A stretch of DNA of 64,000 bases from Tubiluchus corallicola (taxonomy: Eukaryota > Animalia > Priapulida), in NCBI GenBank assembly GCA_030141605.1, contig JAQGDQ010000248.1, positions 124,001-188,000 of the forward strand, in the 5' to 3' direction. The notes under the pieces are model-generated. The model made no database searches, was not told the origin of the DNA, and was given only the letters and a program-made list of their open reading frames with translations. Below are positions 1 to 13,227 of the stretch, one piece after another (position 1 is the stretch's first letter; each line of letters begins with the position of its first letter). The position numbers were made by a program, and so were the translations under genes.

Positions 1-713
1 TGCCATTCCAGTACTCTGTGCTAACAAACACCCACACTTAAATGAGAATAAAGCAAGCTCAACAATTAACCCATCAAATCTCTGTCTCATGATTGAAGAA
101 ATTTTATCAGAAGAATTTTATCTTTGTCTGGTAGGTGATCTGCAAGAGCTCAATTTCGTCTTGTGTCTCGCAAGTAATGGCATTTCTCCTCTCGATGGAT
201 GAGAAAATAGTTGGCCAAGAAACAAGAAATGGAATTACCCTATATCATCATGCTAACATGAATTTATTATTAAATTTGTTGCCATTTGTGATAATACTAA
301 TTATTTAGCTGTCCCTTGCAGTTTGCAGGCCCAGGGGCAGTATGCAAACCCTGGGAGTTTATGGGGCCCTTGGTTTAAGCTGATAAGCTGATGCCAAAGC
401 ACTGGGATTTCTGGGATAAAGACTTCATAATTTGGCACTATACTGCTGGTGTTATTGCCTTCTTAGTTCTTGCATACATTACAAAGACAGAGCTTTACAA
501 TCTAAATGCTGTTTTAATCAAAGTTATTACAAAAAAATACAAAATTACATTTTATTTGAAATAAAATTCCTCCGTAAAAATTTTAATTACATTTTGCGAC
601 AAGAATTTCTCGTCTCATTTTATCTCTGCTTCTCTGGTCTGAAAAAATTTTTCTCTCAGAATTTTACTAACTAGAAAAGCACCAGCAAATGAACCATGAC
701 AATAGCCTGTGAC

Positions 714-1587
714 AAGTGTTGGGTTAGTTACTTTTGAGAAGTAATTTGTTTTGATTACTAATTACTTCCAAGAAATTGACATCAAATTACTCACTACAGA
801 TTACTTTTAGAAATTGTAATCCCTCGCCGATTACTCATTATTTTTGTGTACTAGCTTGAGTGATACTTTGGTAAAAACTGCATATCTGTTTGGCTTTAGT
901 GAAATTGCCTAAATCTGTCGTAAGGTTAATTCACAATTTTCCAGCGAAATTAACTGCAACATTTTCACTGACAAGTTGTTAAGAAAGTTCATTGGTGCAA
1001 ACCGGCAGCAGCTAGTTTCACAATAATAGGTGTAGCAAAACAGATTACTGAAATTTATAATGGTGGGCGATAATTGATGCTAATATCAGATCTGATCTAA
1101 TTTTTTTATTTTCCCAAACATGTTAAAATTTAAAAGCTCCTGCTTGCTGAGCTGTCAAAGAAAGCGTGATCTTTGTGTCACCTGTATCCATTGCAAACAA
1201 CTAATACATTTGCATGCAATTCAGCTGCATTACTTGCTTTACTGAGCTAGTTACGCTGTCCTTCAATGCTTGCTCTTTGCACATGACCATCTGTTGCAGT
1301 CAGTCTCACTATCATGTAAGGTCATTTTATGTGAGCAAAGTAATAAACAACCGTGTGTCATGCATATAGGCGTTGTGTGGCAGAGATAAACAAAAACAAA
1401 GCGGATAAATGATCAAAACAGCCCAAGTTTAAAATGTTCTTGGATAGATGAGTAATGCAGGTTTAGCAGCATTATCACCAAAGCAATGAGTAATTTGATT
1501 ACAAGACTGAGCAGAGTAATTGTGTTACATTACTCGTTACTAAAAAAGTAATCTAATTACAGTAATGCATTACTATCCAACACACTG
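714..1587. mobile_element. Non-autonomous hAT-like DNA transposon (MITE)
   Basis: Termini AAGTGTTGGG...TCCAACACACTG, subterminal GTAA/TTAC-rich repeats at both ends, flanks CCTGTGAC / CCAGTGGC (6/8 match, 8-bp TSD). Confidence 0.7.
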
Positions 1588-1920
1588 CCAGTGGCTGACT
1601 GGTTAATATGAAATCAGAAGAAGTAGCGTAAATTATTAGCATTATTTAGCCTTGGGATAATAAGCAGACTTGTTGACAAAGTGAGAGCACAACAATTTTG
1701 GGGTCGGGTACAGTTTCTTGTAATCTATTTTATATATTTTCTTTTGAGAAAAATTATTTAGTTTATAAACAATTTGGTTCTCGAACAGCCATTTGGAACT
1801 AGTTAAGTTTGTGAACCGAGGTTAGACAAGTATTTTCACACCCCTGGAAAATACCCTCGAATCAATTAACATTCTGCTTTAACGGACCACCTATCCCCTT
1901 TTAGTCTGTTGATTTTGGTG

Positions 1921-2404
1921 TTAAAGTGGAAGGGAAGGGAAGTTTAATGTAGGTCCTAAGAACTTTTCATACAAAGTTACATTACTTTGTATTAAAGACT
2001 TATGTAACTGGAAAAAATTCTTAATGATTTAAAGTATTAATGCCAGTTGGTAAAATACCACTGTCTCACTATTCCAGTGTCCACCATTGATTCATCAAAA
2101 AGCACATTTTTGATCTTATTGGACAATGTAAAGCAATTCATACCTTTACTTAGTTTGTGAAGGGTGTGCTACAAATGCTCTGATTACTTCTTTACTGCAA
2201 TGTTATTTGAATTTGTTGCGAATTTCTTGTCATTAAAATGTCTGCACCTAACGGTCATCAAGCCGGGTGATTCAATTTACCAGTTTTATACAGCATGACT
2301 CCTAAAGCAAAGTCTGTATGCAATAAGAGAGCATGTAAATGATACAAAATTTCAATGCAAATTCCTTAAGGTTTATTTTTTAAGAGTATTGTCTTGTCCT
2401 TTAA
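1921..2404 (+). mobile_element. TTAA-flanked non-autonomous DNA transposon, family A copy 1 (Kolobok-like termini)
   Basis: TTAAAGTGGAAG...CTTGTCCTTTAA. The internal sequence (catacaaagttacattact, gattcaccaaaaa, aatgctctgatt, ctaacggtcat) recurs at 4935, 31482 and 45396. Confidence 0.75.
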
Positions 2405-2490
2405 CTGCATACATTTTACAGTTTCTGTATCTCAGATTAGTTGTTTATTATTTTCCTATTTTGATGTTTACTACATGCTTTTTTCTGTAG

Positions 2491-5400
2491 AAAAATATTG
2501 CTAATACGTCCAAAGAAGGAAATGTGTGATGATGGTAATTATAGAGAAACTCGATGGTTCTCTCCTTGGCGAAAAGACAGAGTAGTGGAGGAGTACTTTT
2601 TGCCCAGAATGATTTCCCAGATCACGGGACAGGTGTGATATGCTTTGTAAAATAATCAAATGCCTGATTTGTTAAGTATTTAACAGTTGATTCTAATATT
2701 ATTTGAACTAAGAACTTTAATTTTCGCTATGCGTAACAAAGCGAACTATTGTCAGATGAAGCAAAACTGTTTGTATTTTCGCATGCATTTTATCTGTTAG
2801 CTCTGCGTAAATAAAGAAATGTGTTTGAGACAGTTTGGTTACGTTCACCTAGTTTTGTTTTAGTGCCTTTTCTATAGTGCACTTAAAAGCGTTAAATTTT
2901 CCAAGCCTGTAGCATATCGTGCTGATAAGCATGGACTAATTAAGACGCTGTCTCAAATTCTAACTTCGAATTTGAAGCAGTACTGTGTCAGATTTTAACT
3001 TCGAATCCAACATAGTGTTATCATGCATTTTTTATGAAATTATGAGCGTCTACATTTCTTTTAGAAAACTGTTCCATTTGGTGATGGGGTTGTGTCTACA
3101 GTGGACACCTGCATTGGTTCAGAAGTTTGTGAGGAGCTATGGCATGTACAAAGGTATGTGATTATGGTAACTATTATGATACACATTAACATATTTTCGC
3201 TGTGCAAAGGGAATTTCTTTGTAATCTTGCATAGATCAGCGCGTTGGTTGGGTCATTTGTACTTTAACTGGTAAATGAAAATAGTTGCATATTAACTATC
3301 ATGCGGTGCTTATTTTCAATTCATGCTTAGAATTCATTTTATAGTATTTATCATTCAATAAGTTTATTAGTGAAGCACAGAAAAAAACCTATTGGAAGAA
3401 ACACAAAATTATAATTGAAGAAACTGAATTGTGTTAGCTAATTGGTTGTAAAGATAAGAGTTAATTTGAATTAGTAAAAAAAGATATATTAAAGTATTTA
3501 AGCCAATAGTTAAATCGTCTAGCTGAATATTACCAAAGTGAAAAACTTCTGTTGTAGTCCATGATAATAAGACTTTATGCTTTATCAAGATGTTTTTAAT
3601 TTATTTTTTCTATTCGTTGTTTCTTAGCTCGCACATCAATCAAGGTTTAGATGGGGTGGAGATTTTCACTAACAGTAGTGGCAGTTATCATGAACTCAGG
3701 AAAGGTTATGTCACTGTCGACCTCATCAAATCTGCATCTGCAAAGGTGAAAATTCATTCTCTGGTGCAGAACATTTGCTTTTCTAAAATTTCTACAGTAT
3801 AGAGACAGCTATACTACATTATTAATTATTAACAGGAGAAGTTAGTTTTCGAGAATATGTCAAAGTTGTCAAGTCAGCTGTTTCAAAATGGATGTATGAG
3901 AAATTAATCTTCTTAAAACGAAAACTGGGTGATTTTGCCCCATTTTGAAGTACGGCAAAAAGTATACATTTAAGTGCCCATAATAATGCCAAAGTGTTTC
4001 TGATAATTAAATAATATCGCACAGACTTAATTAATGGTCAGCGAGCCCAGCTACTGATGACATCACAGTGAACAATTTTCAACAGCACAAACATTCCATG
4101 AACATGTTGCATGTGTTTGTGAAAGTGAGAATTGGAGTACAGTGCTACTGCACAACAGTGACTGAGATTCAAATTCCAAGTTTATCACTGTGTCGTCATG
4201 TGATTTCACCACAAGTATAGTATGTGACAGTACTAAACTGAGAGGTACAGCGCCTGTTTTATTTTTTGTTCACGCCGCAGGCACTCCGTCTACTTAACTA
4301 GCAAATGGCGAAATGCATGAACAAGTCGCAAAAATGAAATTACACTTCCGTGGTAATAATTCTTTGACATAAGTCACTTTTGAAAAAACAATTATATTCT
4401 CTTTCAATATTTTACTCATTAGATTATTTTGAGCTAAAGTTTAAAATTGAGTCTTGTTCCCCTTTAAAGAAACAAACTACTTTGAGATAGCCATTAACAG
4501 CCGACTGTTGTATGTGCATTTTGTTTTTTCTCTTAATACAACTTGTCAGTTTATATTCATCTTTTTGTATAGTTACCTGTTTTGTTTCTGATTGACTTTT
4601 TATAGTGTAGTTGCCATTATTGAAACGTGCTTTTCAGAATGGAGGAATTTACATGTTTTCAAATCTTCGAGGTTGCGACGGCGAGAGAGTTTATTACAAT
4701 GGCAACTCAGCAATCGCAATTAATGGCTTTATTGTAGCTCAAGGAGAACAATTCTCTCTTGCGGATGTGGTGAGTTCATTTACCTTGTCTGAAATATGAT
4801 GAGGAGCTGTTATCTCTGACCAGTGTCATCGTGTCAAAAATTTTTAAGGTTCCTCGGCTGTGTCCATGCTAAAACAAACGTCATTTTTTTCTAAATTGGT
4901 AAATTTATTTTCTTTTATTGCAAGTCCTAAACTCTTAAAGGGGAAGAAAGGGAAATTTTAAGGTAAATCCCGAAGAATTTTCCATACAAAGTTACATTAC
5001 TTAGCATTACACTTACCTGTTTGAAAATTTTTAGTAATTTAAAATATTTAAAATGAAAGGGCACTGCATCGTCTTCCCAGGGTGTACTACTGGTTCACCA
5101 AAAAACACATGATTAACCTTTTTGACAATGTAAAGTAATTTAAACTTTTGCTTAATTAACTAAGTGTGCACTATGAATGCTCTGATTTTTTTCAAACTTG
5201 ACACAATGGCATTTTAATTGATTTTGAATGACTTACTGTTGAAATGGCTGCGTCTAACTGTCATCGCGGGAGTTTAAATTTACAAATTTTATACAACGTT
5301 ATTGCTAAAACAAGCTCCATGTGCAATAAGACAGTATGTAAGTGATATACAAATTTCAAGACGAATTTTAAAGCTTTGTTTATGAAGAGCGTTTTCTTGT

Positions 5401-8400
5401 CTGTTGAATAAATTGTGTAAGCCAACGAGTGAACTACACCTACTGCAGCTCCAGCTACTGATGCACTTTTGTTAGTAAACCTGTTATTTTGGCTTTTGTT
5501 TATGTACGTTACAGGAAGTGACAACTGCAACACTAGATTTAGAAGATGTGAGAACATACCGGCATGCCATAAGAAGTCGCTGTGCAAAAGCTGCCATGTC
5601 TGAGGAATTTCCAAGGGTGCAGGTATTTTTTGTTTTGCCTAGAAGGCTGTGATTGCTTTGTATTTCTCTCTACTTCTCTATTTCTGTACTACTAAAAAAC
5701 TAACCTGCTGTTTTTCTATGCCATATCTTGGCAGTTTTTAATGCACTTAAGTAGCTGTCTGAATACTAGAGCAGTTTTTGTATTTTTATCTGCGAGTGCG
5801 AACTGAGCAGATCTAAGAGAACTCATATTTTTTATCATCACAGTATTAAGCACCTTGGTCAGAGGGTCAAGGATGCTGGACATCAGTCACTTCTTCGATT
5901 ACCACTCGACTCCTCCAATGGCTTCAAGTCGTATTTAATTTTTTTTCATAAGTATCTAATTATTGTGGGATAGATGTTGGCCCGTGCTTTTAATAATTTG
6001 ACATTCTTAAAAGATCCACTGTAAAAACGAAAATGCATCTAAATTTTTCAGTACTTAGAATCATGAAATTTGCAGGGTAGACACCTCGGGTAGGTATTGA
6101 GCTGGAATTATTTAAAGGAGACCTGAAATACAAGTCAAATGTGAAAATGCGCAAACTGCTCTAGGATGTTAAACGATACAAATTTGGCGATACAATAACA
6201 ATACTATACGATACTTTTTCCAACGATAAATTATTTTGTAGACGATACAATAAATTATTTCGAACTTTAAAAGTGATACTGAAGTTAGACAATTTATGCA
6301 ACAACAGAAAAGTATCAGTAATAATTAAATTTAAATGCTGTTAGTTATGAAATACAAGTTTGTTTGTCATAGTGATTCATAAATAAGTAATCTGCCACAG
6401 ATAAACATATTACTGCAATAAAAATATTTATCTATGTGGGCCGCACATGACCAGGAAAGTGACACTAAAAATATGGTACAGTGTATTTGACAAGTGTATA
6501 AAGGGGTCTTTGTAAGTTTGCTTGAGAATGAAGATAACCCTTATGGCCGGGTGAAAGTACTTGAAATTGGTTCGCCATCTGACATGCTTATATTTTAAAT
6601 AATTCTTTTTAACCACCTCCTTGCATAATTACTGTAAATAAATAGAAAAGAAAAGGGAAGTGATTTATAAAGGTAAGCGATAAGCAACGATATGTGCCAA
6701 ATCGACACAATAACGATATACTTAGAACCATATCGATACGACAATGATAAAAATAAATGTTTCATATTGATGTGATAATTGATAATAATTCAGCATCCCT
6801 AAACTCCTCAGTCGCACATGAGTAAACCGCATTTGACCAGGAATAGTCAAGTGATAATTAGTCACGAGCACCGAGGTTAATCACACTTAAGCGTAATACC
6901 CAGAGGTTTAGACATGACTTAACTGCACTGCCCAGGCATAACCAAGTGTAAATAGGGTCATGCTGGCTGATCTGAATTCATTAGTCTTCTTGCTAGTAAT
7001 GTTCGCATTTTCCTTGCGGCATAATGATTTAATTTATAACTTTTGCAAAAGTATGCTGATCATCTTTTTATATAAAATTAAAAACTAATTTTCATATTTA
7101 TTGGAGAAAAAAAGAGAATAAAGTGTCACCGTCAGAACCACACAAAGATAAAATGCATTATATACAGTATATAATTCATATTTAGTTCCATTTTGTTACA
7201 AGGCTTTTAATGAGATGTATTCAATTTTAGAGTATTTTTTATAGATTTTATTTTTGTGCATCATTTTATGTTTTATAAGGTCAGCGTAAGAGCACTCGCG
7301 CCTGATGATTTCTTCATTTTATACTATTTTAATATATATATGCCAATAAATAAACAAATATATATGTTTTTAACTGCTGCGTGGTTTTAGTTATAATTTT
7401 ACTATTTACTTTCTAGACTGACTTTTCTATGTCCAGTGATGATGATGTGGCAATACCAACCTATGAACCCATTGAATGGATATATGCAAAACCTGAGGAG
7501 GAAATTGCGTAAGTAAAGACCTTTTACAGTAGCAAATATTCTTTAATAGGAGTTCACTTTCTTTTCTTGAATTGAATTTGTTGACCAGCTGGGATAAAGT
7601 AACAAGTTTGTCCAAATTAAAACATTATCCTTAACGATAAGTCTGAGTTCACGCAGACGCACAAGTTGTCAACTTTTGGTATTTTTTCTCTTTTTGGCTT
7701 TTCATTGTTATTATTGTTAGTGCATTTCTTTCATTCTTTACATGTCAACAAAAGCCTAATAATTATAAAATGTATGTAAATTTTTGGAGGTTTGTTTCAA
7801 ATTCCATTTGGGTCTTACATCTGTATTGCCCACCGATCACCAAAAATAAATGCTCAACTAAACCATTATACAGCTTGCTTGGTACCCACTCATTTACGCT
7901 GCATCCATGTGTAAGTTTTACGTGTATTTATTTAGGTTAGGACCTGCATGTTGGCTGTGGGACTACCTACGCCGGAGTGGAATGGCAGGATTTTTTCTAC
8001 CTCTAAGTGGCGGAGTAGACAGTGCCAGTACTTCTTGTATAGTGGCTTCAATGTGCCACCTGGTGTGCAGTGCAGTGAAGCGAGGAGGTGAGCTAGTAAC
8101 ATTGTTTCTTCGACAATAAAAGCCGTTGTTTTAAACGCCTCTTAGTAGAGATTTGATTTTGTCACACTGTTAGATTCCTAGAAAACACTGCTTAAAAATT
8201 GCAAATCTGCAGCAACTTTATGCAAAATGTGTTATTTTCATATGTTATTGAGCATCTAACGAGTGTTTGCTTTTTTGTTTTTTTATGTGTTTTTTACTAA
8301 TTGTCAGATGTATTGCTTTAGACACGCAAGTTCTAGAAGACTGCCGCCGAATTGTGGGCGACCCAAATTATATACCCATTGATCCAAAAGAGCTCTGTAA

Positions 8401-11400
8401 CCGAGTGTTTACTACCTGTTACATGGGCACCGAGAATTCATCACAAGAGACCAAAGCAAGAGCTAACAAATTTGCTTCACAAATAGGAAGGTACAGTACA
8501 TTGAAAAATTCTGTAACATCTGCTTACTTTGCTTTTGTAACTTATCACAAACCCTAAAACTACGTGTGCTCAATTTATGTCTCACTTCATTCATTTGTTA
8601 TTCTTAGCACAAATTATTCTTTATAGAAATTAATCTTGTTTTTTACAACATTTTATGTTCCAGTTACCATCTCAATATTTCAATTGATATAGCTGTCACT
8701 GCTGTTGTGAGCATCTTTACTACTGTCACAAGTCTTGCACCTAAATTCCAAATCAAGGGCGGAACTCTTCGAGAAAATCTTGCTCTACAGAATGTGCAGG
8801 TTTGACTGATATTTTAATTTGCAGTTTGCTACTGAAACAAGTTTTTGACCTATTATCATCAATGCATACTAGTTTTGTGGAATTAGTTTTAGCTTTCTAA
8901 ATGTCTAGTGCAAATACCAAATAAGCTCAGGACTTAACTGCATTGTATCGGAACATTAACAACGAGTCTTAGTATGTTATACCACAACATGTTAAACAAT
9001 CGTTGCCATAACAACACCATTTTACTTCTACATTTACTGCTCAAATACATGTAACTTGAGGTTGTCTTGCCCTCTGAGTATTGACATTTGATCACATTTA
9101 TGGAGAGCATTTTTAAGGCATGTATATTAGTTGCTAATGGTGTGGCATAGCTTTATAGGTACATCAATGGCACCCTTTATAAATTCTAACTTTTCGGTAT
9201 GGTTAAAGGAAAACTGTACCCAATCTTAATCATAGCTTAAAACAATCTACCCCTTAAAATATTGAAAGGGACTGTACTATTTTTTCAAGAATGACTTATG
9301 TGAAAGAATTATTTCTACAGAAATGTAATTTTGCATTCGCACGACTAGTTCGTTGCTGCTACATGCATTTCGCCATTCGCTAGTTAGACGGGCACTAGCA
9401 CCTATATCTCGGAAACGCGTTGTGCAAAAAAACAGGTGCTGTTCCTCAGTTCACAAGTGTTTGTTTGTAATGTAATATACATGTTCGAGAGCTCATGCAT
9501 GAGCACAGCAGTAAACTTGAAATTTGAATTTTAAACTTAAAATCTGCTAAATTTTTGTATAGTTTTTGTACTGAATGCTATACAGTAGAACTGTACTTCA
9601 AACTGTACTTGCTTTTGCAAACATGTTCAACAGACTCATGAAACGTTTGTCGAAAATTATGTTCATTTGTGATGCCATTACTAGTTAGTCTCGCTCACCA
9701 TTAATTAAGGTTTTAACCTATTATTTAATTATCAAAAGTGCTTTGGCATTATTATGGTTGTTAAAATATATGCTATTTTTTACCATATACTTCAAAATCG
9801 GGTAGAAGGGTTCCCTTTAAATATAATTCGTAGACACAACTGCAAACTTTTTAAGTGAAATACACTGACACGAAGCACCATGTTTCATTTACTGGTTTAT
9901 CTATTCACAATCTATTGTTTATTATATTTACAGGCTCGACTGAGAATGGTATTGGCTTATTTATTTGCACAGCTGATCCTTTGGGCTCGAGGTCAAAAAG
10001 GTGGCTTATTAGTATTAGGGTCTGCCAACGTTGACGAAGGGCAAGTTCTGTACCTAAATATTCTAGTTTTTGTGCATTCTCAAAAATGTATGTAGAGATA
10101 TAAAATAGGTTTCCACAGGAGTGAGTTAACAGCTAACACTTTTTTCCGCTACCTGCTATATCAGCTTCTCTGACTGTTATGGTATAAGCTACTATGGCTA
10201 CTTGAATATTCAACTGTTTTTGCCTTAATGTGTGGCACTAACTAGCACATATTTAGGTAAAATGTACATTTTTCTTAAATATTTGGTTCTTACCTATGTT
10301 TTTCTTAATTTTAAGATTCGATACACATGATTTTTAACTACAGGTAAACAATAATTCTTCTAATGCTTCTAGTTACCAGCTACTTACGCTATTTTCTGCT
10401 AAGTTGCTGTTACTCGAAATTTCAGCTAATAGCCAAACTACTCAATAGCTGTAGTGGTCATATCACTGCTTCACAGTGTACAGTAGTCTTAGACTGTATT
10501 ATTTACCTGTTAAGAGTTTATTCAATGTACCGAGTTAATTTATTATATTAGTGTCAAATGCGACTGCAACAATTAATTTTAACTTACTGGGTTTTTAGGT
10601 TGAGAGGTTATATGACTAAGTATGACTGCTCCAGTGCTGATATTAATCCAATAGGTGGCATAAGCAAAACGGATTTAAAGCACTTTCTTAAGTACTGCAT
10701 TGCAGCGTATGGCTATACTGCATTAGAAGGGTAAGTGTTGCATCTATTCATATTTCAAAAATTATAGGAAGTAATTGACGCGCTCTGCTTTATTTGTGTA
10801 ACGATTTCAGTTATTATCGCTTGCAAACTGCCTAGTGCAAAAACTGTTGGATAAATAAAGCATGTTCTTATATTTCAATAGGATATTGAAAGCACGACCT
10901 ACAGCTGAACTTGAACCACTGAGAGACGGCCAGCTTGCTCAAACGGATGAGGTAATAATTTTTGAATGTTTCATTGGATGTCAAATGCACCAGATTTATG
11001 AAATGTATGGTCATTCCATGTGCATTACATAAATTATACACATTTGGTAAAACCTGATGAGTCCACTACTGTTAAAATTTGTTAATTCGGTGCACTAAAA
11101 GAAGTTACTTTTTTCAAAGACTGCTTGATTAGTTGGGTGTTTCACAATTATAATATTGATCATGCAGCATGCCTTGTATTTCTAGTGTTTGAGTGGATTC
11201 ATCTAGTTAAATATTTAAAGCCAGTTGTTTATATATTACATCTAAATATTTATTATTTATGTTCTACTTCTGCACCTTGTTTATTTTTTCAAATTTCTGA
11301 AGTATGTTGTGTATGCTCGATAAAATAATTTGTTAGTCTGTGTTAATTGTGTTAAACTAGGCATTACATAGTGTGTGGACCAAGCTGTTGTTCTTACATT

Positions 11401-13227
11401 TACAAGTTTTCATGTTTTCCATCTTCTTGTTTACCATATTACTTTAAAGGAGGATATGGGCATGACATATGATGAGCTGTCGACATATGGTAGACTCAGA
11501 AAACAACAGATGTGTGGACCATACAGCATGTTTTGCAGACTGATACATACATGGGGTACTCTGTATACTCCACTAGAGGTCAGTCATTCAAACTGTTTGA
11601 CATATTACGTTGATTGTTTAAAACAACGAATTAATCTTGACGAGAGCTACAAGCAGCAAGTTATAAAAATGCATTCAGAGCCAATAAAATTGATGACAAA
11701 AGAAAATACATTTTCTGTAAAATCATAATCTCATTAAATGTAATTGATGCTTGATGTTTATGGAAAGAAATCTTTGTAGCTATTACTGCTCATGCTCTAA
11801 AAGAATGTCTGGATAACCTCACATCTATGGAAGTTTAAACAAATGCTGTTTTCCCTTTCCACATACCGAGCAAAAAATTTGCTGACCATTAATTGTTAAA
11901 TAGATGACAGAGAGAGAGAGAAAAGTAACTATATAACTGTTATATAGTGAGTTATTTATTAATAATTACGTTGTTTGTCAATTGATGGTTGATATTTCAA
12001 CAGTGTTGCATGTTTGAACAAGCTACAGTTAGTAAAGGCTTTGGTAAAGCATATTGGTTGAAAACATTGCTCATTAGATTAACTTTTGTCTCTGTTTGGA
12101 AGTACGAATATCTGTTTTAATAATCAAATGTCTCATTATTCAATTGTTGAGTTTAACGGTAAACTATTGACCAGTTGAAGGTTATTGTTTACTATTTTTC
12201 AGATTGCAGAAAAAGTTAAACACTTTTTCCGGTTCTATTCTATTAACCGACATAAAATGACGACTATAACTCCAGCGTACCATGCCGAATCATACAGTCC
12301 TGATGACAACCGTTTCGATCACCGCCAGTTCCTGTACAATTCAAAGTGGCCATGGCAATTTGCAGCCATAGACAAGCAGGTAATCGTGTTCCTGATGTTT
12401 TTATTTTTTGCCGTAAAAATATTGAATCAAAATAGATATGCTGATTTGTTTATCTGGGATTTAATCAATCTAAAAGTATAATTTCACAGGTGGCTGGGCT
12501 CTCTGGTAGTGTGAAACAATACAAGGACAAGACCTGGGAAAATATATTGGAAAGCGACAAAGCAAAGCACGTGAGTGATGGTTATTCTAGAAGCACTGCT
12601 GGCCCATCATTGGTTGACTCTTTAGATGCAGCATCATTAGGCCACCAAGTACACAACTCGTTTGTTCATACCTCAACAGAAAAGTCAAAACAAAACAATA
12701 AGAAAGTGACATTTGCTGCTACCGACACGATACGAAGTGTGTCACCGTTGCCGAATGGGTACCCGAACAACAGCGGGGATGGCTTGGATGCTCACGGCTC
12801 AAAAATAACTTTCGATAATAATTTGTGGGAAAAACTGCAGAAGGGAGGTGAAACATTTGTTCCGTTAGGAGCACTTGCTGCTGGTGTGCCCGCACGTAAT
12901 CCTTTTCATGCAGCCTCCTCATCGCACAAATCTAACATCAGTAAAATAACAAACTTAACTTTTGAGGAAAATCTGCCTCCTCCTCCATATAATTATCCCC
13001 ATCATATAGAATCCAGGCCACACAGTAGCTCATTAACTCGGCATCAGCAAGCAGTGGGACACTACAGTAGTCCTTACAGTGCGTCACATCAAAAGACATC
13101 AACCTCTGGAGTTGTTCATCCTAGGAGTACGACTACAGTGTCATCGACGGCAACCACATCTTTGCACAATTCCACCGAAAGAACCACAAAAGATCAGCTT
13201 GATGTAGTTAATCTTGGCAATTGCTGA
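2491..13227 (+). CDS. NADSYN1: Glutamine-dependent NAD(+) synthetase, 5'-partial (first exons lie upstream of the window). Exons: 2491-2632, 3065-3153, 3628-3745, 4638-4769, 5515-5622, 7417-7508, 7936-8087, 8322-8490, 8664-8799, 9934-10040, 10599-10730, 10882-10951, 11450-11578, 12203-12379, 12490-13227
   Basis: Phase-consistent exons translate to [24 protein letters not shown] (glutaminase Cys), [24 protein letters not shown] (P-loop), [89 protein letters not shown]. All introns are GT-AG except one GC-AG. Confidence 0.97.
3829..4467 (+). mobile_element. TTAA-flanked non-autonomous DNA transposon, family B copy 1
   Basis: TTAACAGGAGAAG...CTTGTTCCCCTTTAA. Internal blocks (gatgacatcaca..aacagcacaaac, gaaatgcatg..gtaataattctttgacataa) are shared with 9203-9820 (reverse) and 42687-43337. 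Confidence 0.7.
4935..5408 (+). mobile_element. Family A TTAA-flanked MITE, copy 2
   Basis: TTAAAGGGGAAGAAAGGG start, collinear with 1921-2404, ends ..ttcttgtctgttgaa. Confidence 0.75.
6162..6801. mobile_element. hAT-like MITE with CGATA subterminal repeats
   Basis: Termini TAGGATG...CATCCCTA, flanks AACTGCTC / AACTCCTC (7/8, 8-bp TSD), many ACGATA motifs near both ends. Confidence 0.75.
9203..9820 (-). mobile_element. Family B TTAA-flanked MITE, copy 2 (reverse orientation)
   Basis: TTAAAGGAAAACTGTACCC...GGGTAGAAGGGTTCCCTTTAA. The interior is the reverse complement of blocks in 42687-43337. Confidence 0.7.

Noticed and set aside
1-2490. Upstream NADSYN1 exons and the 80-aa ORF at 432-674
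   Set aside because: No sequence matching the expected preceding exon (..YNCRV..) was found; the region is intronic with MITEs, and the ORF has non-coding composition.
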